35,008 nt of DNA from Octopus bimaculoides (lineage: Eukaryota), in the NCBI RefSeq assembly GCF_001194135.2, contig NC_068981.1, positions 77,249,305 to 77,284,312 of the forward strand, read 5' to 3'. Shown piece after piece: positions 10,312 to 22,064 of the stretch (positions are counted from its first letter, which is position 1; each line of letters begins with the position of its first letter). The notes beneath the pieces are model-generated. The model made no database searches. It was given only the letters and a program-made list of their open reading frames with translations, and was not told where the DNA came from. A program made the position numbers and the translations under genes.

Positions 10312-10560
10312 GTATTTGTTAGGTAGATTGATTTCTTGTTTGTACTTGTCAGCTTCCTTAAATACTGAAAACAGTTTTTTGTTTTGTTCGTGTTTTGTGG
10401 CTATTTGTATTAGCTTCCCTTGCTTCTGGAGTAGGTATTTTTGCAGTCCTATGGTGGTTATTTTATAATAGTTTTCTAGCTGTATAAGACCCCTGCCACC
10501 TTCTGTGCGTTGTATATATAGCCTTTCTATGTCAGATTTTGGGTGGTGCATCTTATATCC

Positions 10561-10563
<3 letters not shown>

Positions 10564-10609
<46 letters not shown>
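10564..10609. repeat. (TAT)n tract at the 5' junction of the Dong-like element
   Basis: Directly visible. Confidence 0.95.
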
Positions 10610-10611
<2 letters not shown>

Positions 10612-11230
10612 AGTCACTGCCTGGAATCGGACACGGAATCTTGGGAATCTTGTCCTATCCTTCCTTAATACCGGTTCCCATAAGTTATTCATATCTGCAC
10701 TCGGTCTGCTTAGGAGGTTGTTGTATGCTAGCATATGTGCTGCTTCTTTTATTTTTCGTATTTTTCAGTGGTGCTTTCTGTCTATTATTTTAACTTCATC
10801 CCACAGGGGGAGGTGGTCTCCATTTTTCCATACATGATCAGCTATACCCGATTTATCAATATCTCCTCGTGTCAGAGCTTTGCGATGTTACTCTACCCTT
10901 ATTTTGAGGGGGCGGCATGCTTCGTCTTTGTATAAGCTACCACAGCTGCATGGAATGGAGTACGCGCAGTTTTTAGTCATATTCTCTTCTATTGGTGGTT
11001 TTACCAGAAGGAGATATTTGCGAAGTGTTGTATTACTCTTGAATACTGTCCTGATGTCATATGGGCCGCATATCTGTTGTATCTTTTCGGAGAGACCTTT
11101 CACATAGGGTAGACAGACTGTAGACATTTTATTGGTTTCATCCTCTTTTTTCTTCATAATTGGAGTAGATGGTACGCTTTTGGGGTAGTTGTTGCACAAT
11201 AGATTGTTACTGAGCTTGATCATTTCTTTG
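10609..11230 (-). mobile_element. Penelope-like element, GIY-YIG endonuclease region (5'-truncated)
   Basis: VCLPYVKGLSEKI..IRTVFKSNTTLRKYL..KNCAYSIPCSCGSLYKDEACRPLKIRVE, then KSGIADHVW and KEAAHM motifs of PLE GIY-YIG domains. Confidence 0.88.
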
Positions 11231-11257
11231 TCGTGGGTATCACGATCACAATTAATA

Positions 11258-11474
11258 TTCTTTTCTACTCTAGGTTCAAGGCCCGAAATTTTTGGAGTTG
11301 GGGCCAGTCGATTAGATCGACCTCAGTATGAAACTAGTACTCATCGACCCAGAAAGGATAAAAATGTAAAGTCGACGTCGGTGGAATTTGAACTCGGAAC
11401 ATAAAAAAAACAAACGAAATACTGCTACGCATTTCGGCCGGTGTGCTAAACGTTTCTGCCAGTTCGCCGCCTTA
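11258..11474 (-). mobile_element. tRNA-derived SINE, family C (Meta/MESC-like central domain)
   Basis: Minus strand begins AAGGCGGCGAACTGGCAGAAACGTT, B box GAGTTCAAATTCC, then ATCCTTTCTGGGTCGATGAGTAC resembling the Meta domain. A second copy is at 11993-12140. Confidence 0.8.
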
Positions 11475-11992
11475 CTAAAAGTTAGAAATTACTGCTATAA
11501 TGAGGAGCAAAATATCTGATTTCAAGTTCCAGCAGAGAGAGAGTTTTCTTTTTTTATCTTTGTGGGGTCGATAAACTAAAGTAACTGTGAAGTACTGGAG
11601 ACGATTTAATGATTAAACTTGTCATAAAACTGAAGGTAGCCAGAATTAGGAATCTTTGATAGCAGAAGCGGTAGATCGCTGGGAAAAATGCAGTGTTATA
11701 TTAGTTATATATCAAGTTATGTTTCCTTCTGTTCTCAGTTCAAATTTCGTTCAGGCTGACTTCGACTTTCCTCCCGCTAGTATATGTAAAGTATCAGCCT
11801 GTGAAGAAGTAAGGTTGACTTTACTATGTTGTAACCTGCCTCATAATATTAGGCGGTGGCCTAATGCTAGAAATCATTATTTGTTTTCAATAGGTAGATA
11901 AATGTTTCTATTACATGGTTCGATTCCTTCTTCTGTTGATGAAGTGTATACAGGATTAGCCTTTTATAGGTTTAGCAATGTGTTTGTATGCT

Positions 11993-12140
11993 CTTTTCTA
12001 CTTTAGGCACAAGGCCGGAAATTTTAGGGAAGGGGCCTAAATTCGACCTCGGCGGAATTTGAACTCAGAACATTAAGACAAACGAAATACAGCAAAGCAT
12101 TGCGCCCGGCATGCTAACTTATCTGCCAGCTCACCGCCTT
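11993..12140 (-). mobile_element. SINE family C copy with internal deletion
   Basis: Same head and tail as 11258-11474 but lacks the segment between the two TCGAC words. Confidence 0.8.
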
Positions 12141-13200
12141 ATGTGTTTGTATGTTACGCTGGTTTTACTCTTTACTTGAGTTTGTTTTCTTGCTTTTTAA
12201 ATCATTTATTGTTCTGCTGAACTGATGTGTGGAATATAAGTTGTATTCTAGCATTTAGATGGGTGCACTATCGTCGGACAAAATGGATTATGTATGATTC
12301 TGCGCGTGCAGGGACAAGAATTTTAGAGGAGGATTGACAGTTGCTCGCATGTGCAAATGTTCCCTCTCCTGGCCACAAATATTCATTCAAAGGAAACGCC
12401 GTCAAGTGAAACTGAAAAGTTTAGCACCAGTATTGTTACAAATATTGCTTCCAGAATTCAAAGGGCAGAAGCAAATAAAACGCAAGACATTTTTCCCAAC
12501 TCTCTAACCGTTTGGCCACATTTCTTCCTTGAGTTGGTACATTTTACTGACCCCAAAAATGATGAACGACATTGTTCACTACGGTGGCAGTGGAACTGAG
12601 GACACAGTGAGAAGAAGCATTCCATCTAGCACTCTAAATAGTATGACAATTCATAAAAAATATACTTAATGTTGATGGTATTTCATATATGCTGTTGGAG
12701 GTTGTTCTGCTTTGTTATAACTAACCCATCGATTATTAGTTATAACGTTTTTATTCTCATATATTGCAACTTGCTCTTTTCTGTTTCTAGGTCTATATAT
12801 TTTGATAGCTTTTTGACTTCTTTTCTTACGCTATTTTTCCTCACAGAAGGAATCAGGTTGTCCAGAATAATACATAAAATTGTCATAGCACATATAATTG
12901 TCACTTGATTATGATAGCTGGCCGGTTATATTTGATTCCGTGGTCACCTAAGACAGTCGTGTGCCAGATCATCGGAGCTAAGCCCTTATCAAATATCGGT
13001 TTTGTAGATGCTTATAAATATTTCTAGGTTTTTATAATGAATTGTTGGCATATAGCTAGGCAGAAAGTACTTCATACTCAACCATGACTGCGATGTGTTC
13101 TGTCTTGCCAAGAAATGGGCAATCTAGAGTAATATGGTCAAATTATTTTGACTTCATGCCGATTGCGGAATCTAAAATTCATGTTAGTATGTTGTCTCAT

Positions 13201-13375
13201 TATTACCTCTTCCTTAGCGAAGGCGAAGGTATTGTTTTCAGTCTTGTTTGCTTGTTTTCCCGGGGACAAGATATTTCAAGAACCACTGGATGAATTCGGA
13301 TGAAACTTTCAGGGATGTTTGGCCTTGTAACTGGCACAAACTGCTTAAATTTTGGGACCGATCCGATACGGGACG
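13201..13375 (+). mobile_element. Helentron-associated (HINE/DINE-1-like) non-autonomous element, 5' fragment
   Basis: TATTACC start, imperfect subterminal hairpin (ACCTCTTCC..GGCGAAGGT), TGTT-rich stretch and ACCACTGGATGAATTCGGATGAAACTT motif. Class assignment is from recalled motif order. Confidence 0.55.
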
Positions 13376-13570
13376 TTGGTGCTGTAGTCGTGTCATTTGA
13401 TTTCCTGTTGCATTTGATGTGTGTTCGCTTCGTGTGAGTCTTGTTGTTGTTTAAATTGTTAAAGGTCTACCGCATCTAATTGTTGTATTACTGAATTATT
13501 AAATTTATTGTTACCTGTGAAATTTTATTTTTCTTCCCCATTTATTGGTGAAGTTGTGAATAACAACAGT

Positions 13571-14650
13571 ATGGAAAGTTAACCAGTTCCAGCAAGCAGT
13601 TACGCTGCAGTAACTGGGAAGAGTCTAACGGCAGATGTCTTGAAAGTTAGAGAAATTCAACTGAACGAAACTAATTTTAAGAAGTACAATGACCTGTTAA
13701 GAAAGGAAAGAGACAGCCTGGGGCTGACACCGCCTAAGGAAATTATTGAAAAAACAGAAAAAGGACAGTAATATACAGAATGCTGTCTATCGCTACAAAA
13801 AGAGTTGAATTAGCTGCAGCAGAGGCAGTCGAAGAATGCTTGAAAGAAATCAAAAGTCTAACGACGAACTACACCAGAGGGAGGAAATATAGCATAGTGG
13901 AGGGACGCTTCGCGACTGAAAAAGAAGCAATAAAACATTTCACTGTGCCTTTGAGATTAATTGAGTGGGTACTACAACCAACCTACTGTGTCAAACGTGC
14001 GGCCAGAGTTAGGATTGGTAGAGTGCCCCCAGAAATTGACGAAACGTGACTGGTAGCAGCCATCCTCTATAATACGGAAGAGGAAACCAAAATACTTAAA
14101 ATCACAAGAACTACGGTGGTAAACTGCTAGGGATATGGCCTTGAGGTGTCGGCTCACATCAATTTACTAGATCTCCACAAAACTGCAAAGGAATTGGTGT
14201 TCCAGGACGAGACGAAGCTGAGAGTTGTAGTGGAAGGAAAACCTCCCGTATGCTATCAATGTGGAGTACGGGGACACATGAAAGCTAAGTGTCCCCAGAA
14301 ACACGAAGAGAAGGGGATAGAGGAAGAACAACAAGATGAAGAGGTTTCAACCGTAGAAGAAGAAAGTATGGATTCCCCAACCTGTAGCAAAAAAAAAAAA
14401 AAAATAGGCTGCAGGTGAAACGCATGAATAAACCTCTGAAAATGAAACAGAGGAAGAGGAGATACAGGAATCCCAAGGAGAAAGGTGGGAGATTTTCTCC
14501 AAGAAAAAAGAAAAAAAATCCTCCCCATCCACCCCCACTAACCCTACAACAAAACAAAACAAATAACAAGAAACAGAACACACAGGCACAAAAGATCCTA
14601 GCCCAAAATGTATTCCACCCAAGTACACATGGATTATACTGCATTAGTGA
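13571..14650 (+). pseudogene. LINE ORF1 (gag-like, CCHC knuckle), disrupted
   Basis: ATG at 13571, several stops; fragments 13780-14049 and 14146-14418 in the ORF track. Confidence 0.75.
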
Positions 14651-14926
14651 TGACTAACAAGTCACTACTGAAGCAATTAAAGGATGTGCCCAATGCAGCC
14701 AACGTAACCAATGACTACGAGGAGGAAAACGTTCCCCCCAAACATTGTTATTTATAAAAAGGACAGAGCCGATTATAACATGTTGGCAAATCGCTTTAAA
14801 AACGACATCAGCCCTCTGTGGAAAGACTTTTCCCCACTAATGTTTGAGGGCCTTGTCAACGATACCTCGCAAGTCCCGGACGAAGAACAAAAGGAATGAG
14901 ACGGACGTACCACCCCATCTGAAACT

Positions 14927-16890
14927 ATGTATAACCATTATGGATATTCTCAACGTGAGGTGTTTGAATGCACGCCGCATGGCAACAGAGTTGAAGCAAG
15001 GTGTTTCCTTAATGACCTCAGGTCGCATAGAATGGATATTATAGTGGCCGAAGAGTCTTGTCTGAGAAGTCAAAGAGACTTCTCTCCCCTCCTAAATGGC
15101 TACGAGAAAATTATTTATCTATGCCTTCCTGACGGAAAGAGAGGCGTTGCTGTGCAGATCAGGAAAAGCCTGGATTTAGAGACAAGAATTATCTTCATCG
15201 ATCGGACACTAAGCAGCGGTAAAGTCTTCAGGCTGATAACTGTGTATGCTCCCTCGGGAACTGGATAGTCTGATTCTTTTCGAAGCCTGGAGAAGTTTCT
15301 TGGGACGATGCGTAGATTACGTTGACTCGTCAACTGATAGGAGGGGAAGCCCGTGCTTCAGTTATCTGTTCAGTCGATTTCAGCTGCCACATAAGTACAA
15401 AGTAAATGTCCCACACGCTCCATTGAGGACATGAGTTAATAGCGATGGTCATTTAGATCTTATTTAGACAGGATTTTAATGAAGAAAATAGACAAAAACC
15501 TAATTAGTCGCCCACAATTTATCTATGTCAGCTACAGTGATCACAAAATTGTTACCAGGAGGCTGGGAGCCGGCTACTGGAAACTCAATAACTCACTTTT
15601 GTCTCATGTGGAGTACACAAGTTAGATTAGACAGTTAGTGATGAGAGTATTGTGTGGTGCCATCATTAACAAATGGTGATATGCCCTCAAAAAGCCCATA
15701 AAATTTGAGTCTTTTAGGTACAGCAAAGAGTTAGTGTCCAAGAAAATAGAATAGAAAGGGCTCTGGTTAGGGCCCGAGACGAAGCACTGGAATCTGACTC
15801 CGCACCCCGAGTTTTAGCTGAGAGAATGGCGCTTAACCATCACTTCGAGGCTAAAAACGAAGGATGCGTAGTCAGAGCTAATCAACGTGCAATGGCACGG
15901 GAAGGAATCAAAGCTGCGGAATGGGCCCGTGTGGTAGAGACCCAACGTGGAAATATCGACACTATAAGGTCTTTGATGAATAATCAAGGGAATTTGGTAA
16001 AGGAACCCGAGGAGATGTGTAAAGTCTTTCAGGCGCATTTCGCCCTGCTTTTCGGGAGGGGCGAAGGGCCGGAAATTAGGAGGGACTTAACGGACTTTCT
16101 CGCTGGTGTGCCGCGTCTCTCGAGGCTGGAAATGGTGTACTGTGTGAGGGGCCGATCACAGCTGCGGAGATGCAGGAGGTTTTGTCGGACTGCAGCGGAG
16201 ACAAGTCGCCGGGACTAGATGGTCTCCCCGACGGAATTCATAACAGTATGCCAGTCTTGTTCGTGCAGCAGAATGGGTTTATACCCAGGTCTGTGAACCA
16301 TGAAGTGGTGACGCTGATTAGAAAGGACCCAAACAAGGGATATATTTTAGGTAATTTCAGGCCCATCACTCTGCGTAACACATAGTTGAAGATTTTGGCC
16401 AAGGTGTTAACAAAAAGGTTGGCTTGTGTTGTGGGTGGAATCGTCGGAGCGCACATATCCATACACGACAATCTCCATCTTCTACGCTACTCTTTAGAGA
16501 CAGTTAATGGATCTCCTGGCAAGGGTGGGGCTCTAGTCCATTTAGACTAGTCCAAAGCTTTTGACAGGGTTGACCTCCCAACAACGTCGTAGGGCGTTGG
16601 ACGGAGAGGCCGGTTAAAACGCTGGGGATTTGGTTTGGTTCAGACCTCCAGATAGAGAAGAATTGTAGTGAAGTGACGAGCAGGGTGACCCACCTAACTC
16701 AGACCTGGTCTGAGCAGCGGCTTTCTCTGAAAGGAAGGGCGGAAGTCGCAGGAGTGTTTATCGCTTCTGTGATTACCTACCACCTAACCGTCGTGCCTTG
16801 TGCCCGTTCGTGATGATCAAGTTGGAGCGGCAGCTCTTCCGCTTTTTGTGGAGGGGTAGAAGGTCCTCTTGTAAAACGTCCTCTTGTATA
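14927..16890 (+). pseudogene. LINE ORF2 (endonuclease-RT), disrupted; RT core deleted at ~16575
   Basis: After KAFDRVD the sequence jumps to VVGRWTERPVKTLGIWFG and RLSLKGRAEV; no YADD-type motif is seen. Confidence 0.85.
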
Positions 16891-16940
16891 GAGAGAGAGA
16901 GACAGACAGACAGACAGACTGACAGAGACAGAGAGAGGGA
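16889..16940. repeat. (GA)n/(GACA)n compound microsatellite
   Basis: Directly visible. Confidence 0.9.
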
Positions 16941-19765
16941 CAGGAAGATTTATATTCTGTAGACGATTTAGAAATAGGTGGAAATTTCGATAAGTTGATA
17001 GCCACCAAACAACTCACAGTTTAGCAATGCAAGTGGCTAATTAGGCTAATATAAACCATAGTGTGTAAGAGTATAAATATGTGTGTATGCATGTATGTAC
17101 GCATGCTATTGTTTTTTTTTCTCTTTTCTTTTCTTTTTACAAGTTCCTTTATTAAACTATTCGGTGTCCTTCAACCGGCTTCTAAGTATTTTTTCTACAC
17201 TCTATATACTTTGTATTAGTTCTCCATGTGCGTTGTCATAGTCTATAGAAATCTAGATGGTGCATTTGTGGCTGAAAAGTGCTCTTTAATGTTACCAAGG
17301 TCATAACCAATGATAATAGTATTTAAACCGAAACAAAAAAAGATCTACTGTAAAAATTAAAACAAAATCAAAATTAAATTTCAAATCGACAGTTTTGGGA
17401 AGAAATTATAGAAAAGACAAAAAACACGATTATTTAGTGGCGCTGCGCAGTTCATACGATCTTTCAAAAGAATTGCCGCAATAGCGGTACATATAAGAAA
17501 TCAGAACAGCCGCATTTTGAATAAACGTAAAAAGATGCCAGTAAATTCTGGAATAGATTTTTTCCAGCGTTCTACTGGATCAAACATCCACCAAATTTAG
17601 CTTTTTAAAATAATGTCTACAGAAAATTTTGAACCGAATCGATTTTAGAAAAATTTATTTCTTGAGAGATAATAGAAAAATGCTTCTTTTTTCTTAAGCA
17701 TATCTAGAGAAATAAGAAACTCATGCTTTTTAATAAACTTACAGTTTTATGAACGTACTTTTCTTTAATTTCTTTTTTCTCTTTCTCTACCGATTTTAAA
17801 TCATTGTTATTTCACGTGTGCTTTGCTACTGCTACTGCTGTTGCTCCAACCAAATGATGTTATTCATTCCAAGGATGTCGCTATTGCTTCTGTTTCATGC
17901 AGGGATGCAGTTATTGCTACTTGTTTTGCGACCAAGTTACAGATATTACAAAAACGTTCGTTATTTATATTTTCTTTCGTTAAACTGGTTATCACTGGTA
18001 CAATAGATGTTTCATAGATAATGGTAGATGTCATTTTACTCAAAAATAGTAAACTCTGAAGAGTTTTGTCCGTTGTTTTAACTATGCATAGCGAGATGGC
18101 GATGTTGCGTTGTAGCTTAGTCAGTAGACTATTGAAGCTGTAATTAAACGATTGTTGTGTTATAACATGTTACCAGCGCCTGGTGTCGAAACTCTTTACT
18201 CTCAAATGCCCACAGTCGCGGAGGTGCTGTTAGTGATAAAACTCTTCTATTATAAATAGCATATTTGCGTAATGATTAAATGCCTTGGAAGATTTCTAGT
18301 TACGGATTGATTGTCCTCTAAGCGTGTCTTTTCGAAACACAACACATAAGCACTTCTCTAATTCATTTGCTTTTAATTGCCTACAACGCTTAATGTACGA
18401 GACTCGGGTACCAAAGTCGGTGGTTTTAACGAAATTCTTATTCATTAAACTGATCCAATGGACAGCAGTATTTAGTTTTGTCTTTACATTTCGAGTTCCA
18501 ATAACCGAGTCCCAACCGAATTGACAATTTTCAGTTTGATTAGAATTTGCGAAACATTGCAAGTAAAGGTAATCAACCAGCTCAAGCAACAAGACGAAAG
18601 AATAAATACCAGAAATATATTCTGATTAATGTTATAGTTTATATCGTTCTTTGTTAAAATTAACCGAATGCTACAAAAAGAAAAGGAATTTAATTACGAG
18701 AATGCTGCTAGAATTCGAATTCGACATTATACCCAACTTCCTCAGATTAAATTCTTTGTATCGACATTAAAACAAAGCAGAAACTATATTTTCAACCTTC
18801 ACGTTTTCTGTACATGATTTTAGCGGCCAATCAATAGCAAAACTAAAAAGGGAGACCAAATAATTGAGTCTAACTTGTATTTAGATAAAATATGTTTGCT
18901 TAAAAATGGCCAGCAATAAAGTAGGAGAAGGGAATTATTTTACAAATAATTTCCAATTAGGCAATAATTGTTGATTACAATAGCAACACTTTTACTTTTT
19001 ATCCTGCTTCCAACCAGAGAAAATAAATAAATAGTATGTATGAATGACCTAGACAGAAATTTATAAACTTTGTCTCCACTCACTCAAAATGTACAATGAA
19101 TGAATGTATGTATGAATGAATGAACGAATGAATGAATGAACGAACAAGCAACAACGAAAAAAAAGTAATGAAATCGTACTGTCGAAGTGAGGTGATATGA
19201 AGAGAAAAAATGTAGGAAAAGTATATTGATGTAACTGAATTATGGTATTTATATAAAAAGTGTAACATATGCGCTTGAATAGTGTTTCAGATACAACGTT
19301 GCTTTGTTCTACCGGAAGTACATCTCAACAGCGGCATAAATGAGGCTCTAGCTGTAGAATAGAGCTTTATACACAGTGTTTCCGTATTGACTTAGCCGCT
19401 ATTCAAGACTCAACTGAAAGAGAGTAATGATTTCTGACGTACATACAAAACCACAAATTACTGTAGTGTGGAGGGAATACTGTATTATGTTGATATTTTT
19501 CTCAAGATTATTTAGCAGCCAAAGTGAAGGGAATTAGCTTCAAGCTGAGATCGAATGCGTATCAAACTTGAAACTCCGGAAATATATATATATTAACTTG
19601 CTTTAAACATTTGATAATATGATTGACACCATTCCAAAATTTGTTAGTTTAATACCAGTAATATACAGGTGTTTATTCATTCGATTATACCTCTCTGTAT
19701 AAAGATTTGAGATTAAAGAGATGTAATCTTGTCTTCAACTTGGCATAATGGTTTTATATATTCAG

Positions 19766-19820
19766 GAACTGTTGGGATCGAAACTATGACGTTCATATCT
19801 CTCGCTTCGGTATTCGTAGG
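19766..19820 (+). CDS. Candidate 55-nt internal exon (NCWDRNYDVHISRFGIRR or TVGIETMTFISLASVFVG depending on phase)
   Basis: Acceptor TATATTCAG|G and donor AGG|GTAAGG; two open frames; no homolog recognised. Confidence 0.3.
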
Positions 19821-22006
19821 GTAAGGAAATTCAAACAACTGAAACATGGAATTAAAATCAGTTCTTTAAAACTTTCTAATGTTTCTTGCTCACTTTACAA
19901 AAGATACACAGCAAAATACGTTTTAGAAATGCCTCATGTTTTGCAGCGTTATACATTTCTCTTTTCCCACTAGAAATAATTAAATAAACGATTGAATGAA
20001 CATTGCATAAACATGGGATATACAAACACTGTACTCAAGGACAGTAGAGGAAACGTTTAGCATATCCTAATTATGTAGATAGCTATATAACTCTAGTAAC
20101 TTGGAAAAGAGGATAAAGCGACTGACCAGTGCCCTTAGAGAAGAGACAGCTTCTGCCTGTTCATTCTACAGAAGTGTGGAGTAACCAGGTACATTAATGC
20201 ATAACATAATCGATTAATATCGATGTGATTATTTTACAAATTTTCTGTGTTCAAGTGACTGGTTTGGTGGCAAAGTGAGATTAAAACATTTTCTCTTAAT
20301 CCAGTTCGAGGTGAGAGATAGGCCCTATTTTACTGTCTTTGTCCTACATAAGCTATATGAAAATGAAGTCTTTTTTTGTTTCTCCGAAGCAATTAAGTTA
20401 TAGCAATAATTTAATTTAGAATATGAAGTAAATTGCAACGTTCTACAATTCAAAATTAAGCTCAAGCGATTGGTTTATTCAACTATGCTGTGCTATTATG
20501 TGAACCTAAACAGATTTTAAGTAACTAATTTTAAAAGCATACTTCTATTTTAATCTTTGAACAATGAATAAAATCAGAATGAAACAATATATATTGTTTG
20601 CATTAAGCCTGAAGGCCTCCTTAATAATTGGTCGAAAGTTGGTGAGCGTAAAGCTGCCAACACTTGACATGTATGTTAAAAATGTAAAATCTCAGTCCAT
20701 TGGTATATGTCGCTGATGACGTATCGGTTTTTTAATTTTTTTCTTTTTTTGTTTTTGTTTTTCGAAAAATATTTCGAAAAACAAGTTGACATTTTTCAAG
20801 TACTGTTGCAACTGCCAAACTACTGTTAATCACTTTCTGTAAAAATCATTTTTTAGTTGCAATATCCACCAATAGAAAACTTCTTTTTTTTTTAATTGTT
20901 CCATTATTCAAAATTGATAGCTGATGACAGCATTTAACAAAGAAATATAAGAGAAATTAATTCTATCACCTTAATTATGACAGATCGAATTAGCAATGGT
21001 GACGAGGAATATTTCACATTAAGTAAACATTTAACAACAGTTCATTCGTGGTGTGCCACGAAAGCTAAGATGAACAGGAAATGAAAACAGAAAAACAAAA
21101 TGACTTCTACGAATGCGAATAAGATTTATGACAAGGCATATGTGAGTTGTGTGTTTGTATGTGTGTAACTATATGTTCTCTTTTTAAAAGTTAGAATTAT
21201 CTGTTTTACCTTCTCTTTATTTATAGTTTAATTATGTCTTTTTGATTAGCCTTCTGGTTGTGATTGTTTTTGTCTTTACAATTGTAAATTTCCCCCACTA
21301 GTAACACGAAACATATCGAATTGTCAGAGCATTTGACTATTTCAGACATGTTGCAAAATATCGAGGTGAAAATGTGAGCGAATAAAAAGGAGAGAGAAAA
21401 AAAATGTTTAAAAGCACGTTTATAAGTTGAAGATATGAAGTGAGTTAGTTAATGATTACAAGACTTCTACAGATTGACTTTCATCTCTCAAGCAAAGCCG
21501 TTAAAAGGAACCGCTGTGTGTTCAGTTGATGAGATGTTGGACGAATTAAGTGTTTATTTGAAGCTATTATAAACTTCTGTTGAGTGGAAGAAAACTCATT
21601 AAATGTTGTTAAATAGGACGAAAAAGTGAAATTACGGTCGGCTTTATTAAACAAAAGAATTTTTTTCAAAAAATACAACTTTGAAATACGTTTTTTTTTT
21701 TTTTTTTTTGAAATATTCTTTATCAGAATAACCCAAAGGTTAAAATGTGGTTGGCATCTGAGGTTAAATTATTAAAACTGGAAAACTCTATTTTTATGTA
21801 TATTTACATAATTTCGTATTTATGGTATTACGGTGAGATGTGCTTTTCTCTTTGATTATACATTTATTCTTTTTTTGGTATCGACGGTTTTTATAGAATG
21901 TTGACAATACGTTAATATTGACATTACTTTGGTTGTTTAAATGTAAGAATTCTGAGACATGCAATTATGAGAGACGTCAGGCTGTTCGATAACCACTGAA
22001 ATTGTA

Positions 22007-22064
22007 ATGGTTCGCATCGACATATTGGCACTGGTTTGCTACTACTCTTTGTTGGGTCTATGTT
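22007..22064 (+). CDS. Candidate signal-peptide exon (MVRIDILALVCYYSLLGLC, phase-1 donor)
   Basis: GTAATGG start context, 19 codons plus 1 nt, consensus GTAAGT donor at 22065. Downstream exons not identified. Confidence 0.4.

Larger units (their letters stand above)
9250..10563 (-). mobile_element. 5'-truncated R4/Dong-clade non-LTR retrotransposon (middle lies in the gap)
   Basis: MHHPKSDIERLYIQRTEGGRGLIQLE (post-RT motif) and C-terminus NIQKIALLGTAHILRKTLSIQ*, short 3' UTR with AATAAA, (TAA)n on both sides. Confidence 0.8.
13376..16890 (+). mobile_element. L1/Tx1-like LINE: putative 5' UTR, ORF1 and a deleted, 3'-truncated ORF2
   Basis: ORF1 zinc knuckle CYQCGVRGHMKAKC; ORF2 endonuclease (LNDLRSHRMDIIVAEES, LITVYAPSG, YLDR, GYWKLN) and RT (SPGLDGLP, FRPITL, KAFDRVD). 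5' boundary is approximate. Confidence 0.9.

Noticed and set aside
12955-12985. 5S rRNA / SINE3 fragment (GATCATCGGAGCTAAGC resembles box A)
   Set aside because: No intermediate element, box C or further similarity; too short to support.
16863-16888. GTCCTCTTGTA direct repeat at the LINE end as a TSD
   Set aside because: Both copies are on the same side and may partly be native coding sequence.
17818-18017. Hydrophobic short ORFs resembling signal peptides
   Set aside because: Built on a degenerate (GCT/ACT/GTT)n tract with no good donor.
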